A stretch of DNA of 62,821 bases, the filler included, from Nemertoderma westbladi (taxonomy: Eukaryota; Animalia; Xenacoelomorpha), in the NCBI GenBank assembly GCA_032718475.1. It is 3 parts of 3 records of this genome, joined end to end, with 100 filler letters (N's around TTAATTAATTAA, not from the genome) between each part and the next. Parts side by side here need not be neighbours in the genome. Positions count along the whole stretch, not along the records: positions 28,043 to 48,762 come from JAUCBJ010003627.1; positions 48,863 to 62,821 come from JAUCBJ010006069.1; 1 more part is not named here. One strand, given 5' to 3'. Under the pieces are notes generated by a model. That model ran no database searches. It worked only from the letters and a program-made list of their open reading frames with translations, and was not told the origin of the DNA. Of the stretch, positions 38,113 to 50,845 are shown piece by piece. How positions within the stretch are numbered: the first letter of the stretch is position 1; each line of letters starts with the position of its first letter. Made by a program: the position numbers and the translations under genes.

Positions 38113-40322
38113 GGCTTGGTTGAGCATGTGGATGACTTCTGCTACTTGGGATCAAGGATCAGAAAGTCATGTCTTCGAGAAATCTCAAGTCAAGATCAGA
38201 AAGTCAAGTCAGGTCAAGCAAGACCTTCGGATACGTAAGGGGAAGGCATGGGCAGCGTTAAATAGTCTATCCAGTATTTGGAAGTCCCATAAAATAAAAC
38301 GGAACCTAAGATTCGATTATTTATGGCAGTAGTAGTACCAGTACTCTTATATGAGGGTCCATGCTGGGCTCTAACTGCTGAGGACACCAAATCTCTAGAT
38401 GGCACTTTCACAAGAATGCTGCGCCGGGTTAATTGTGTCAAGTGCAATGAACACATCACCAATCACACTCTACAACATTGGAGGTGTTCCATCAGTCTAC
38501 CCTAGCTTGACACTTGAACGGAACTGTGCTTTGGCAGCCTCATGGAGCAAATAAGCATGGTGGACAGCCAATGACGCATCTTAACCCTATTAAACTCAAT
38601 ATGACTCAATATGTGGTTTTTTTATTATAATTCTGAAACAAACGCAGTTGGGAATCTGAAATTTTATGACTTTTCCTAAAAATCTATTGTCTTCCTAGTA
38701 GTGAAAACCGTTTTCAAAAATATTGGGTAGTTTTCGAGTTATAGCACCATTTTTTAACCCTACTTTTGGCACTTTTTTTTGAGACGTTTTTTGAAAATTA
38801 CATTTCATTAAATATGAATTGTAACATCTGTATTTTTGATTTACACCGGTTTTTTGGTGTTAGCAATTGGATGGAATACATATAAATTGATTTAGAAATT
38901 TCAAACTTGTTTTTTTCGGCGGGTGCCAATTTTTGGTGCCAGCACCAAATTTTGAAATATGTCAATTTTGTAAATTGATTGTGTGAAACTTGTTTTTTAC
39001 GCAATTGGTTTTTTTGGGGTTCTGGTTTCGATGAAATATATACGAGTTGCACCAAGCGTATCAAACTTGTATTTTTCGGTGGTGGGTGCAAATTTTGGTG
39101 CTAGCACGAAATTTTGAAAATTCATTAAATTGATAAAATTGTTTGTGACAATATATTTCTTGTGTTTTAGAGGTTTATGGCTATTCTGAATTGAATGGAA
39201 TATATAATTTTCGAATAATTGGCATCTCAAACTTGTATTTTTCGGAAGTGGGTGTAAAATGTGGTGCTAGCACCAAATTTTGAAAACCATCAAATATATA
39301 AATTGATTGTGTCACCTTGTTTCTTACATTATACGGGTTTGTGAGGGTTCTGAATTCAATGGAATCAGTAAAAATTTCATAAGAGATTTCAAACTTGTAT
39401 TTTTCGCCGGTGGGTGAAAATTGTTGTGCCAGCACCAAATTTTGGTAAATAAGCATATTGATCAGTAGATAGTATCATCTTGTTTATTGCGTTATACGGG
39501 TTTATGAGGGTCCTGAATCCGATGGAATCAATAAAAACAGCACTGGACATAGCAAACTTGTATTTTTTGGTGATGGGTACGAAATTTGGTCCTAGCACCA
39601 AAATTTGCCAAATTACGCCGAAAAATACAAGTAGCAATAATGGGGCATTTTAGAAATGTATTCCATTAGAATCAGCGCCCTAGAAAACCTGAAAATGTTC
39701 ATTTATAGCATCGTATAAATGAATTAAAAATTTTGTGTTCTAACTGAAAAGTTCTGGTTACTTGTTTTTTTCATTTTTTTTCTACGCAGAGAGGACTAAA
39801 CAGCCATTTATAGTAATCATATCATTTTTAAATATTTTCCAATGTATTTTGCGGCCCAGAAAACCTGTATTGAAAAACAATTAGACGAAAAATGTAACTT
39901 TCAAATTTTCTGAAAATTGTGCACTACTTGTAATTTTGGTGCTGCAATATAACCACCCCAGTACATATTTTCGAAAATTTTTTTTTCGGTCGGATCCTGA
40001 CTAGTGATACCTACGTACAAACACAAAATCAGACGTTTTCGTAAAAATTTGTAGATTTTAGAGGGGGGGGGGGGGGGGGGGGTCAATATGACCCCCCCCC
40101 GGTATTTGTACAACATTTTATAGCCCGGTACTAATAGGGTTAAAGAGACACATCTTAAAGGACACTGGCCTTGAAGATGCGGATGATCTAGCAGCAAATG
40201 TCATGGGTGATAGGGAGTTGTGGAGGGGGAAAATTTGTCGACAAGCCAGCACAGCATTCTGAATATATATGTAGAATATATATATAATGCATCTGCAATG
40301 CAGCATGCCGATCGTAGTAGTA
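38113..40322 (+). mobile_element. Degenerate 3' copy of the RTE family, split by a piggyBac-type element
   Basis: 38113-38580 and 40144-40322 match ~20730-21360 (LRIRKGKAWAAL, CWALTAEDTKSLDG, GGACACTGGCCTTGAAGATGCGG, TAG tail). Confidence 0.9.
38585..40139. mobile_element. Non-autonomous piggyBac-type element
   Basis: TTAA|CCCTATTA ... TAATAGGG|TTAA. Subterminal GGGGTCAATATGACCCC palindrome. Internal degenerate repeats (CAAACTTGTATTTTTCG..., GCACCAAATTTTG). No transposase. Confidence 0.85.
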
Positions 40323-40431
40323 TACCTCGAGACTGTTTATTTCTTCGGGACTGTAAACGAACATTAGTATTTTTAAGGACTAACATTGATCGCGATTTAG
40401 ATAACTTAGAATAATTTGAGTATTTGAGGGT

Positions 40432-40524
40432 TTCCAAGTAGAAAGGGCACTTTTAAATCATTGGTAATTATAAACAGATACCGGCAATTTAAATTCTTGG
40501 GTTGAAAGTGCCCTTCTACTTGGA
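40432..40524. repeat. Short inverted repeat (possible MITE remnant)
   Basis: TTCCAAGTAGAAAGGGCACTTT versus AAAGTGCCCTTCTACTTGGAA. Confidence 0.65.
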
Positions 40525-40995
40525 ACATCACATATGCTGAGGTACAGGTCGTGTTCTGGTGAAAGGTTACAGACATTGAGTTTCTGGTTTCATTGGGGGT
40601 GTTCGGTGTTCTAAGATATAAAGATAAATATTATCGGAATATTAAAGGAGAAGAATGGCACATAAAATTAAATAAACATTAAATATTGACTGAGTTTTAT
40701 ATCAAATTTTAATTATAACTGAAGTTTGTTAACCAATAGTTATCAGCATCTTGCCATTCGGGGGGGGGGGGGGGGGGGGGGGAGTGTCTGGGTGGAAGTG
40801 TCGACTTGCACGGGGGGAGCTGTCCGGGGGGAAGTGACTGGACACCGAGGTAATGCAGTAATGTTTATAGTATTCATCAGAAGATAAATGAGTAATACTG
40901 TTTTAAATAATTAAATAAATAATGTTTTCCAGTTTTTGAAAACGTGATAAAAAAATTACGTTTCGTAGAAAATTAAATTGTGATATAAAAGGTTA

Positions 40996-43900
40996 TAGTC
41001 CAGTCAAAATAGGCGAAAAAAGGGCTCAACCTCGGACGAATTGCAACAGAATTTAATTTAATATTTTCTAGGCCCAAATTTTATGCTTATCAACATATCC
41101 AAAATCGGCCAAAATCGGGTTGTTGGAACTTGGTTAAATAGACCATTTCACCATGGCAACAGAAAGTCATACATAAATCACCCATTTCCTATAATCCTAC
41201 GGAATTCTAACCTTGACCTACCCCACCCAAATCACTATCGGAGAATCCGATGGGGCACTTTTTGAAACCCGGTTACCATGACAACTATGAGAATTACATC
41301 GTCGAAATTAATTGTACAGTAAATTTATGAAATTTTGGAAACGTATCCGTATTGCGTGTTCCCATTGTTGCAAAATTAGGAAACTCTGTAATTATATTGT
41401 CCTTAAGCATAATTGTTTTTTTCTAGATTCGGCGTTGAAGTGGAATAGTAGTTGGCCTGTAACCTAGGTAATAAGAAAATAATATCACCTATAATGTTTC
41501 TTCAGTTTAAATATGGTTACTATCATTTTAAAAAGAAACCAATTCAGGATCAAGTACCTCACATGTTGCTATGTTCAGACCATAATTTGCCAGCCAATCA
41601 TGTCATTTCTTGTTGCCATGGCAACCAAAAATATTATTTAATATGTGAAAATTCCATCAGAAACATTTTATATGTTCTTCAGATGCATATCAATATGTTA
41701 CATAGTCAACATTCATGATCACAAGCGAAGTCATTATTCTGTTGTTACCATAGCAACGGGCATATTTTAGTATTTATGTAGTTATAGTAACGTATTTGGC
41801 ATTTTATTGACATTGGAAGTTAATCATATTAAAGATTATTGAAAAAAATTGTGTGGAGTCTGCTACAGTTATTTTATTTAACAAAGTCTTGAATTTTGAC
41901 CATAGCAACGGGAGTTTTGATCCTAATTCGGGAGTGACTTGTTAAAAATACTCAAAATTCGGTTTAATGTACATTTCAGTATTTTGTAGCATGATATGCT
42001 GTAGAAAATTACAAAATTATATTCGAATGACCTTATTGTACTTAGCAACGAAAGTTTTCCTTAGCAACTGGGGTCTTTTTGTACCCACATCGCGTTTTAT
42101 AGTGATAACATGTTTTTTATTGAGCTGTGAAGTTTAAATAACAATTGTAAGTACTCCTTGGCAACGTTTAATTGTGTATAGCAACAGCGAGTTACCTTAG
42201 CAACGGGTAGTTTCACAAGGTAGCAACGAGTTTTCAAATACTGTAATTACCAAGTTTTCTACATCAATGTTGAATCTTACTTATCAATGGCGAGTTTTCC
42301 TGAGCAATAAATTTACAGAATATTTTAAATATTTTATATTATATCAGAAATAATAAATACTGGTATTTTACTGTACCAGTACCTAGCTATATAATAAATT
42401 ATATTACTCTTGGTGTGCTACTCACAGATATTGCTTGTCGGTTAGATTGTGAATCGGATTCATAATAAATGATATAGTGGGGGTAGGAACTGGTTCCAAT
42501 TCAAAACAACTTTACGTTATGCTTCAACTTAGCATTTTCTTTAGCCCGGTTCCTTGTTAACAAGAAATTATAATGAACCTCAATCGGGTATGCTATGGCC
42601 CCTATAGTTGACGTAAGTCCCTCCAAGTTTGTATCAGTTGTGGATTTGCTACAAATAGTAATTAGAGTTAGAGATTTTGATTTATTAAAACTGTGAACCA
42701 TTAAAATTTTACTATGTCCATTACTATATTCATGTCATATCATTACAAAAATTAATTCAATTTCCAAAGGTTGTGAAGGAATTATCAGAGCAAGCGTAAT
42801 ACGAAAGGAAAATATCTCCCCTGCCAAAGGTCAGTCTGTGCATTCAAAATGCAGAGAAAAATATACTAACTCAAAATAATTATTACGTCTAAGTAGAAAA
42901 GGAGGGGCTGGTGATAGTAATCATCAAGAAACACACAACAAACAACGTTCTGGTTCGCAACATTATGAATATAAATGTTTGTTTGGCGGATGTGGAGACA
43001 TTACCAGAGAGGGAAAGTTGAGAGATAAATCCATAAACATGGATTTACACTCGTTCCTGTAAAAACGCTATCATTCCAACAAACGCTATTAGCAAATTGT
43101 GACAAATACAGCAGCGCTTGGTCAAACAGAGTTAGAGCTTTTATACACGATATGGGTGATCTTCCTGCCACTGGAACGGTTTATCACCAGATATGCAGTG
43201 TCAATTTTCGTACAGGTAATTATAGTATTTGAAAACTCGTTGCTACCTTGTGAAACTACCTGTTGTTAAGGTAACTCGCTGTTGCTATACACAATTCAAC
43301 GTTGCCAAGGAGAACTTACTACTGTTATTTAAGAACGTTGCCAAGGAGAACTTACTACTGTTATTTAAGCTAGTGTTCACAGCTCAATAAAAAACATGTT
43401 ACCTCTATAAAACGCGATGTTGGTACAAAAAGACCCCGGTTGCTAGGAAAACTTTCGTGGCTAATTACATTAAGGTTATTCGAATATAATTTTGTAATTT
43501 TCTACAGCATCTCATGCTACAAAATACTGAAATGTACATTAAGCCGAATTTTGAGTATTTTTAACAAGTCACTCTCGAATAAGGATCAAAACTCCCGTTG
43601 CTATGGTCAAAATTCAAGACTTTGTTAAATAAAATAACTGTAGCACATAATCCACATAATTTTTTTTCAATAATCTTTAATATGATTAACTTCCAATGTC
43701 AATAAATGCCAAATACGTTACTATAACTACATAAATACTAAAATATCCATGTTGCTATGGTAACAACAGAATAATGACGTCGCTTGTGATCATGAATGTT
43801 GACTATGTAACATATTGATATGCATCTGAAGAATATATAAAATGTTTCTGATGGAATTTTCACATATTAAATAATATTTTTGGTTGCCATGGCAACAAGA

Positions 43901-44494
43901 AATGACACGATTGGCTGCCAAATTATGGTCTGAACATAGCAACATGTGAGGTACTTGATACTGAATTGGTTTGTTTTTAAAATGATAGTAACCATATTTA
44001 AACTGAAGAAACATTATAGGTGATATTATTTTCTTATTACCTAGGTTACAGGCCAACTACTATTCCACTTCAACGCCGAATCTAGAAAAAAAAACAATTA
44101 TGCTTAAGGACAATATAATTACAGAGTTTCCTAATTTTGCAGCAATGGGAACACGCAATACGGATACGTTTCCAAAATTTCATAAATTTACTGTACAATT
44201 CATTTCGACGATGTAATTCTCATAGTTGTCATGGTAACCGGGTTTCAAAAAGTGCCCCATCGGATTCTCCGATAGTGATTTGGGTGGGGTAGGTCAAGGT
44301 TGGAATTCCGAAGGATTATAGGTAAGGGGTGATTTATGTATGACTTTCTGTTGCCATGGTGAAATGGTCTATTTAACCAAGTTCCAACAACCCGATTTTG
44401 GATATGTTGATAAGCATAAAATTTGGGTCTAGAAATTATTAAATTAAATTCTGTTGCAATTTGTCCGAGGTTGAGCCCTATTTTGACTGGACTA
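40996..44494 (+). mobile_element. Academ-like non-autonomous DNA transposon with ~1.26-kb TIRs
   Basis: TAGTCCAGTCAAAA...TTTTGACTGGACTA termini, 3-bp TSD TTA on both sides. Inverted arms span ~40996-42251 and ~43216-44494. Central remnant 42700-43215 encodes VHSKCREKY and WSNRVRAFIHDMGDLPATGTVYHQICSVNFRTG, resembling the Academ transposase N-terminus. Confidence 0.85.
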
Positions 44495-44554
44495 TTAAAT
44501 TTATTATTAGCTTTAACTCATAGATAGATTAGATAATACCACTGCTGCAGCTTC

Positions 44555-44692
44555 ACACCCACTACCCCTTTTTCCACTCCCACTGCCCCTTTTTCCACTT
44601 CCACTACCCCCTTTCCACCCCAACTACCCCTTTTTCCACCCCAACTACCCATTTTCTCACCCCAACTACCCCTTTTCCCACCCCAACTACCT
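44555..44692. repeat. ~20-bp C-rich minisatellite
   Basis: CC(C/A)ACTACCCCTTTTTCCA repeated about 7 times. Confidence 0.85.
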
Positions 44693-44843
44693 ATTGTCTA
44701 AGTTTCGACAATTGGGCATAATAAAATACAATGAGAATCATTGCATAGACAAACAATATTCTTCAAACATACAGTAGAACATAACACAAGAATCGAGAAC
44801 ACGAAAAAGAGAACACAAAGACACTCTAAACTACAAGTTTGAA

Positions 44844-45200
44844 AGGGGAGATGGAACCCTTAAAATTTTCAAAATTTTTTTCCTTAGATTAAAGATATTG
44901 ATACTTTAAAGCAATATCATATGCCAAACCGTTTGAATCTCTGTCTGTTTGTTGGTCAAAATATTGAAAAATACACCAGATCTAACTCGAAACAAGACCA
45001 TCAATCGTGAAACTATTATTTTTTAACCGACAAACCAAATTACAGACAGACAGACTTGAATCCATCAATCGTAAAAACTGACGACGGAAATTTGATATCA
45101 AATTTCAGAAAAATCTAACTACAGTAGTAGTTCCGGAGAAAATGAGGTTTTGGAAAAAAAAGGCTATTGTATTGGAAAATCTAAGGGTTCAATCTCCCCT
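44844..45200. mobile_element. MITE with 19-bp TIR (Kolobok-like ends)
   Basis: AGGGGAGATGGAACCCTTA versus TAAGGGTTCAATCTCCCCT. TSD degenerate. Confidence 0.6.
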
Positions 45201-45299
45201 CGTAACTAAAACTACAAAACTAAAACTAAAGTGAATAAAACAAAAATTAGACAAAATAAAAACTCCAAGTTCGTATTTAGAATTAGTTAATTAGACTGC

Positions 45300-47594
45300 A
45301 TATATTCTCAATTGCATTTTTGCAAAAAGTTATAGTATCGACCAGTAACGGCTATTCAATGGAATAGTTATAACGCAGTCACATGTGTTGGATGATAATC
45401 GAAGAGTAGGGTTTGATGTAAGCTTGAACTCCAAGCGGCCTTTAGAATTAGGATATCTTGTACCACTCCCATACTGTAATATATCACCAAGATTGAAGGT
45501 GATGTATCTCTCTGAACCATCAATCCCATAGATTTTGTGCCGATTTCTCCTCTCTCTAACATCTTTAGAAACTGTTTAAACTTACACACAATTTGAGTCT
45601 CCATAGCCCACTCAGTGGATCACTCATCAGTCCTATAAACGGGTTCAAAGCAATTCTCTACGTCACAGTGAGCAATACTACTAGGACCGCCAGGCTGCAT
45701 TGCAGCTGCATTTTTTAAAAATGCTATGCCGGCTTGTCGACAAAATTGCGCCGCCACTACTCCCTATAACCCATGACATTTGCTAGATCATCCGCATCTT
45801 CAAGGCCAGTGTCCTTTAAGATGCCTCTCAAGAAAGTCATGGGCTGACTACCATGCTTATTCACTCCATGAGGCTGCCAAAGTACAAGATTATGCACTGG
45901 CTAGTCCTCACGGGGAATGCAATGTCCTGCAAAGTGAGCAATAGGACGATCAACAAGACATTTTACTGCCTCATCTGGAAAAGTCTTCAAAATTTCCAGG
46001 ACTCCAAAACTGCTCAACCCTTCACGGAATGCAGCTATCTCATTGGCTACTGGGCTAACTACCATATAACATGCTAAATTCCTTATTACCATATCTTTAT
46101 CACCAATAGTATAGGTAGACTTCACAAGTTCCATATCAAGCCGTTCATTAAATGCACACAAACAATCTTTGAACTCTTCATCGGTGGTTGTCTTTTCAAG
46201 GTTGCATATCTTTTCAAGATATTATTCAGTGATTGGTATCTCACTAATGGATGAAGTAAATTCTATACCAAGTATTGCCCTAGCAACGGACGCAGCGAAG
46301 CAATGAGGACCAGATATCCCATTTAAGAGTGCCATTGCAGTCATATGTCCAAAAAGTTTAAAAGTGTTCCTTTCCACCAAATTGTGCCGAAAAGTGTAAG
46401 TTGGGTACGATCCTCGAATCACAGACACCATTTGGTTCGTAAAAAATAACGAAAACAGCTCTCTTGTAATACCTCCCATGTCGACACCATCTTCGCCGAT
46501 AAATTTGACAATTAGATGAGGCGAATTCAGATTTGATTCTGACAATAACTCATATACTGTATTAACAACATCACTATGCGGAACCTCGATGCTGTTGTAA
46601 CCCATTTCCTTCTTATTCCAGAACTCTACAGTTTTCCAAAGTTTTTGACAATGTAGGCTTTATATCAAAAACTAATGGTAGACTACTAGTACTACTGTTA
46701 TCTTCAGGGTTGATATTGGTGTTACTGGTTCCAGTACCAGTAATAGTTGAATTAACTGCCTCCGTCAATATATCGACACCACTATTGTCCATTACTCCTT
46801 CAAAGCCAGCCAAATTTTCATAATAACTGATACGATGCAATGCAACATTTTCTCTAGATATTTCCAATGCACTGGAACTTTCTTCCGCTTCCTCCTTATC
46901 ATCTTCACCTAGCTCTAAACCTTTCTCACTGTCAATCCTCCGAGACTCTTCCAACTCAGGGTGAGACATAAGTGACAAAACGGGTCAGTACGCGGCCTGG
47001 TTGTTGAACAAACTGGACAAAATATCCTTCGAGTGAGATCGCATAGACGATTAGACTGGGTTTCCAGGTCATGCTCTAGATTTGGGGAGTGCATGCCTGG
47101 AATTTCAAACTCAGAATCGCTTGAAACAATAGTTATAAATTCATTTACCTTCGGCTCTTTATCTGAAACTGAATGCCTATTCTTAACACCATCAGTTGAA
47201 GAAATCACTGTGCAGAGTAAATTAAACCTAGGCGAACCAACAACGCAGCTCGCTGAAACATAATCTTTAATAGTCGGAAAAGTTTCAATCGAATCATCAA
47301 AAGCATTGGCCAATACAAATGAATAACAATCGCGTGATTGAGGGAGGTTTTTGAGTTTAACGCCTTATTATCACCATTTTTGAATAGGATATCAACGACC
47401 ATTGACTTTACATTTTGTACCGAATGATCCACCAAAGCCAATATTTTAATTCCATTTGAAGCTCCAAGAGGTTTCTGTAGAATTTCATAGACATGACTTC
47501 TATTCCGGCGTTCCTTAGCTACTTTAACTTTCACAAAAATAAACTTTTCATAGGCTGGTGGTCTACCATAACGTAAGCGCAACGATCGTGACAT
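45300..47594 (-). pseudogene. G2E3-like HECT E3 ubiquitin ligase, apparently intronless, frameshifted and LINE-interrupted
   Basis: LIVKFIGEDGVDMGGITRELFSLFF, FKLFGHMTAMALLNGISGPHCFA, IAAFREGLSSFGVLEILK. Upstream acidic linker and FCPVC motif. ORFs 45368-47711 form one collinear chain. Confidence 0.8.
45678..45932 (-). mobile_element. 5'-truncated RTE copy inserted in the HECT gene
   Basis: Reverse complement of ~21100-21358. 11-bp TSD AGTGAGCAATA at 45667-45677 and 45933-45943. Confidence 0.93.
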
Positions 47595-47604
47595 TGTTCG
47601 CCTA

Positions 47605-48700
47605 ATGGAATTTCTATTGAGAGTGTATATTGAGAGTGTAATTCTTCGTCTTTCCCAAGAAGATGCTAATGCTGATGAGTCGTATATACAGAATGTCAGA
47701 AATGTCCACACACAAGATGCTACCAGAATGGGAGTATCAGCATTTAATAATTGTTTAAGACTGGTTCACTGTGATCAACCAATAGAACAACTTTCCATGG
47801 ACACTTTGGCTCTACATTTTAACAGCTTTATTAGAATCGTAGAAAGGGTCCAATGGTGAACAGCTGGAGACTACCACCATGCTAAGTTATTTTCATGGTA
47901 TTTTGCGAAAGTTTAGAGACATTGGTATGGGAGATGTACTGAGCAAGCCAGAGTTTGTTAATACTAAAGAAGTGTTATGTTCTAGATTAGCGCAGTAAAA
48001 GGCTGCTGGAAAGGGAAATCTAGAAAACGTGAGCGATCCGCTAGAATTAAGAGATTTTCAGATAAGCTCTACCTCTTCCTAGTTACCCAGTTTGGGATGC
48101 GGCCTGGGACAGAGATGTGGGGGATGAGGGTCGGTGACATTAAAAAGCACTTCTCGGAAACTGAAGGGAAGTTCTACTTAGAACTTACTGAATGGGGAAC
48201 CAAGACACGTCAAGGAAATTCCACGCCATGCAAATATGCAATAAAGGCAAAGGCATTTGAGAATCCCAGCTAACCTTTAGCTTGTCCGATCTCCATCTCC
48301 ATCTGTCTCATCTCCATGAGATTAACTATACTTAAAACGGCGCTTCCCAAATGGGCACATTAAGGATGACGAACCGTACTGCATTAGACCCAAGGCAACT
48401 GCATCAGGCGACGAGCCTTGGTATTGCAACACTCCTGTAGGGAAACACTCCTTTCAAAATATCCTGAAGGATATGTTTTCGAAAGCCGGTATTTTGGATG
48501 GCTGAAAACTCACACCGATGAGCTATAGGAAAACAACTGTCGAGTCGGGGGTCACCCATTTAATTACGCTCAAATCCAATTAGGTCATCAGAAGCTTTGC
48601 ACTACAACGTCATATATTCGCCTCTCGACCACTGCCCATCGCAAAATGAGCGAATCCCTCAGCAACTATATATCGGGAGTATTGTCGGTATTATCGGCAG
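47605..48700 (+). pseudogene. Crypton-type tyrosine recombinase
   Basis: Manual translation across stops and frameshifts gives RNVHTQDAT, KAAGKGN, TQFGMRPGTEMWGMRVGDI, TKTRQG, CPI, WYCNTPVGKHSF..ILKDMFSKAGI, LTPMSYRKT and LGHQKLCTTTSY (R-K-xxxR-H-Y order). Confidence 0.88.
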
Positions 48701-48762
48701 TATTGACTGTAGAGACAAGGCATCTGAATTGATGCACTTGGAAACGACTTCTATCCAGCACC

Positions 48763-48862
48763 NNNNNNNNNNNNNNNNNNNNNNNNNNNNNNNNNNNNNN
48801 NNNNNNTTAATTAATTAANNNNNNNNNNNNNNNNNNNNNNNNNNNNNNNNNNNNNNNNNNNN
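48763..48862. other. Artificial gap/contig linker
   Basis: Same N + TTAATTAATTAA + N structure as 27943-28042. Confidence 0.97.
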
Positions 48863-49211
48863 ACTATGACATAGTTTCTTAATTTAAGTGAAGATTTGCT
48901 GGTTATATTCATACAAGCATAAATCAGTTTATCGCGTCGAATCCTATCTACTGAACTCTTAAAATGATACACTGTGTATTTATATAGCGCTCTAGTTACC
49001 CACCTCGTATGGAATAATGGACTATTTACAGTGGCATTTGGACTCCTAGCCGAAACCCAAGCACTATGCCAGAACATGGCCTCGTCACGAAAAGGTTTGA
49101 CATGATCGTTCCATCCAGTAAAGCAGGCTATTAAAAAGGTCACTTGTATCACCATTACCTCCCTTATTCCAGCTGAGAAATTGCACTGCACTACTCTCTA
49201 AGGCTTATAAA

Positions 49212-49854
49212 AAAAATTGCACCGCCACAACTCCCTATCACCCATGACATTTGCTAGATCATCCGCATCTTCAAGGACAGTGTCCTTTAAGATGCGTCTC
49301 AAGAAAGTCATGGGCTGTCCACCGTGCTTATTCACTCCATGAGGCTGCCAAAGTACAAGATTATGCACTGGCTGGTCCTCACGGCGAAAGCAATGTCCTG
49401 CAAAGCGGAGGCGATTTTGTTCTAGTGTCAAGCTTGGGGGAACCAATGAGACACCTCCAATGTTATATAGTGTCTGGTTGGAGATGTGTGCATTGTACTT
49501 GACACAATGAACCCGGTGTAGCATTCTTGTGAATGTGCCATCCAGAGATTTGGTGTCCTCAGCAGTTAGAGCCCAGCATGGACTCCCATAGAGGAGTACT
49601 GGAACTACTGCTGCTCTAAATAATCGGAACTTAAGTTTCCGATTAATTTTCGTTGACTTCCAAATCCTGGGAAGCCTATTCAAGGCTGCCCATGCCTTTC
49701 CCTTACGTATTCGAAGGTCCTCACCTGACTTCCGCATCCATGATCCCAGGTAACAGAAGTCAGTAACATGTGGCGGTGCAATTTTGTCGATAAGCCGGCA
49801 CAGCATTCTTAAAAATGCAGCTGCTATGCAGCATGCCGATCCTAGTAGTAGTAG
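49212..49854 (+). mobile_element. RTE copy with 5' inversion
   Basis: Antisense segment 49212-~49765, then sense 3' end ~49769-49854 with (TAG)n. 13-bp TSD TAAGGCTTATAAA at 49199-49211 and 49855-49867. Confidence 0.92.
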
Positions 49855-50845
49855 TAAGGCTTATAAATATACTGATATGATAATGGTGGTAGACTCTACG
49901 ATAAGAAAAGGTAGAGAATAACATAAGAGATATATGATTTCAGAAATGAATATAATAAAACATCAGACTATCAGTCAAGGTAGGCTTTACTAAGCTAAAT
50001 ATTACTACCTACTAAAGAGTGGAGTACCGGTATGGTTAGTGTACCGATAAACTATAGTGACCTATATAATACACATATCACAGACTCTGATGTCATGACT
50101 CTATGACCACTGCATAGGCATTACGCCCTTTTAAAGCTAGGGACATTGCCAATTCTGCTCACTTTGAAGGTCGTTTTCACTTGGTTGCTATGGTATTTTG
50201 AATAAAACGAAATATGCCATTAAATCCTTCATATCCAAATAATAATCTGCTACAATTTTTTACTTGTCATATCTACTCTAAGAGCTGTTGTTATAGAATT
50301 TACTCCGTTGCTATGTTTAAGACCCTCTAAAAACAAGCGCAACCGTTTGGAGAAGTCTACCCAAATTTTTTGTTATGTTCCACAACTTTACTAAACATCA
50401 TTATGGGGCTGCTGTGTCACTTAAAATTTCCAAACGGGGTAATAAGCTGAAGTCTGTACTATTTGTACAATTATCATTTATTATATTTCCACAAATTTAT
50501 GGAATAAATTATATTTACAAAATTATTCATAACATATGGTTGTTTCTCTTCAATCAAACTCTAGATATATTCTAACAGCATACTTTGGTTATAATCTCAT
50601 TACTTATTCTATTATGTAAGATATACCAAATTGAAAACAACTTTGTTACTCTACAAAATACATATAGTCCGGCAGATTTAACATCTTTTAGGCAGAACCT
50701 TACAATTTGTCGACTCCTTTCAAAGTTTTTTCCCATCTTCATTTCAAACTCTTAATGAAACCAACTACCTGCTGACTTTAAGTCGGCAGTGGTCAACTAG
50801 CCAATTTATTGGCATTATAAATTGTCTGGTTGAAACAGTTTGTGG

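Noticed and set aside
41452-44056. Duplicated 88-aa gene pair (41452-41718 and 43790-44056)
   Set aside because: Chance ORF mirrored in the two TIR arms.
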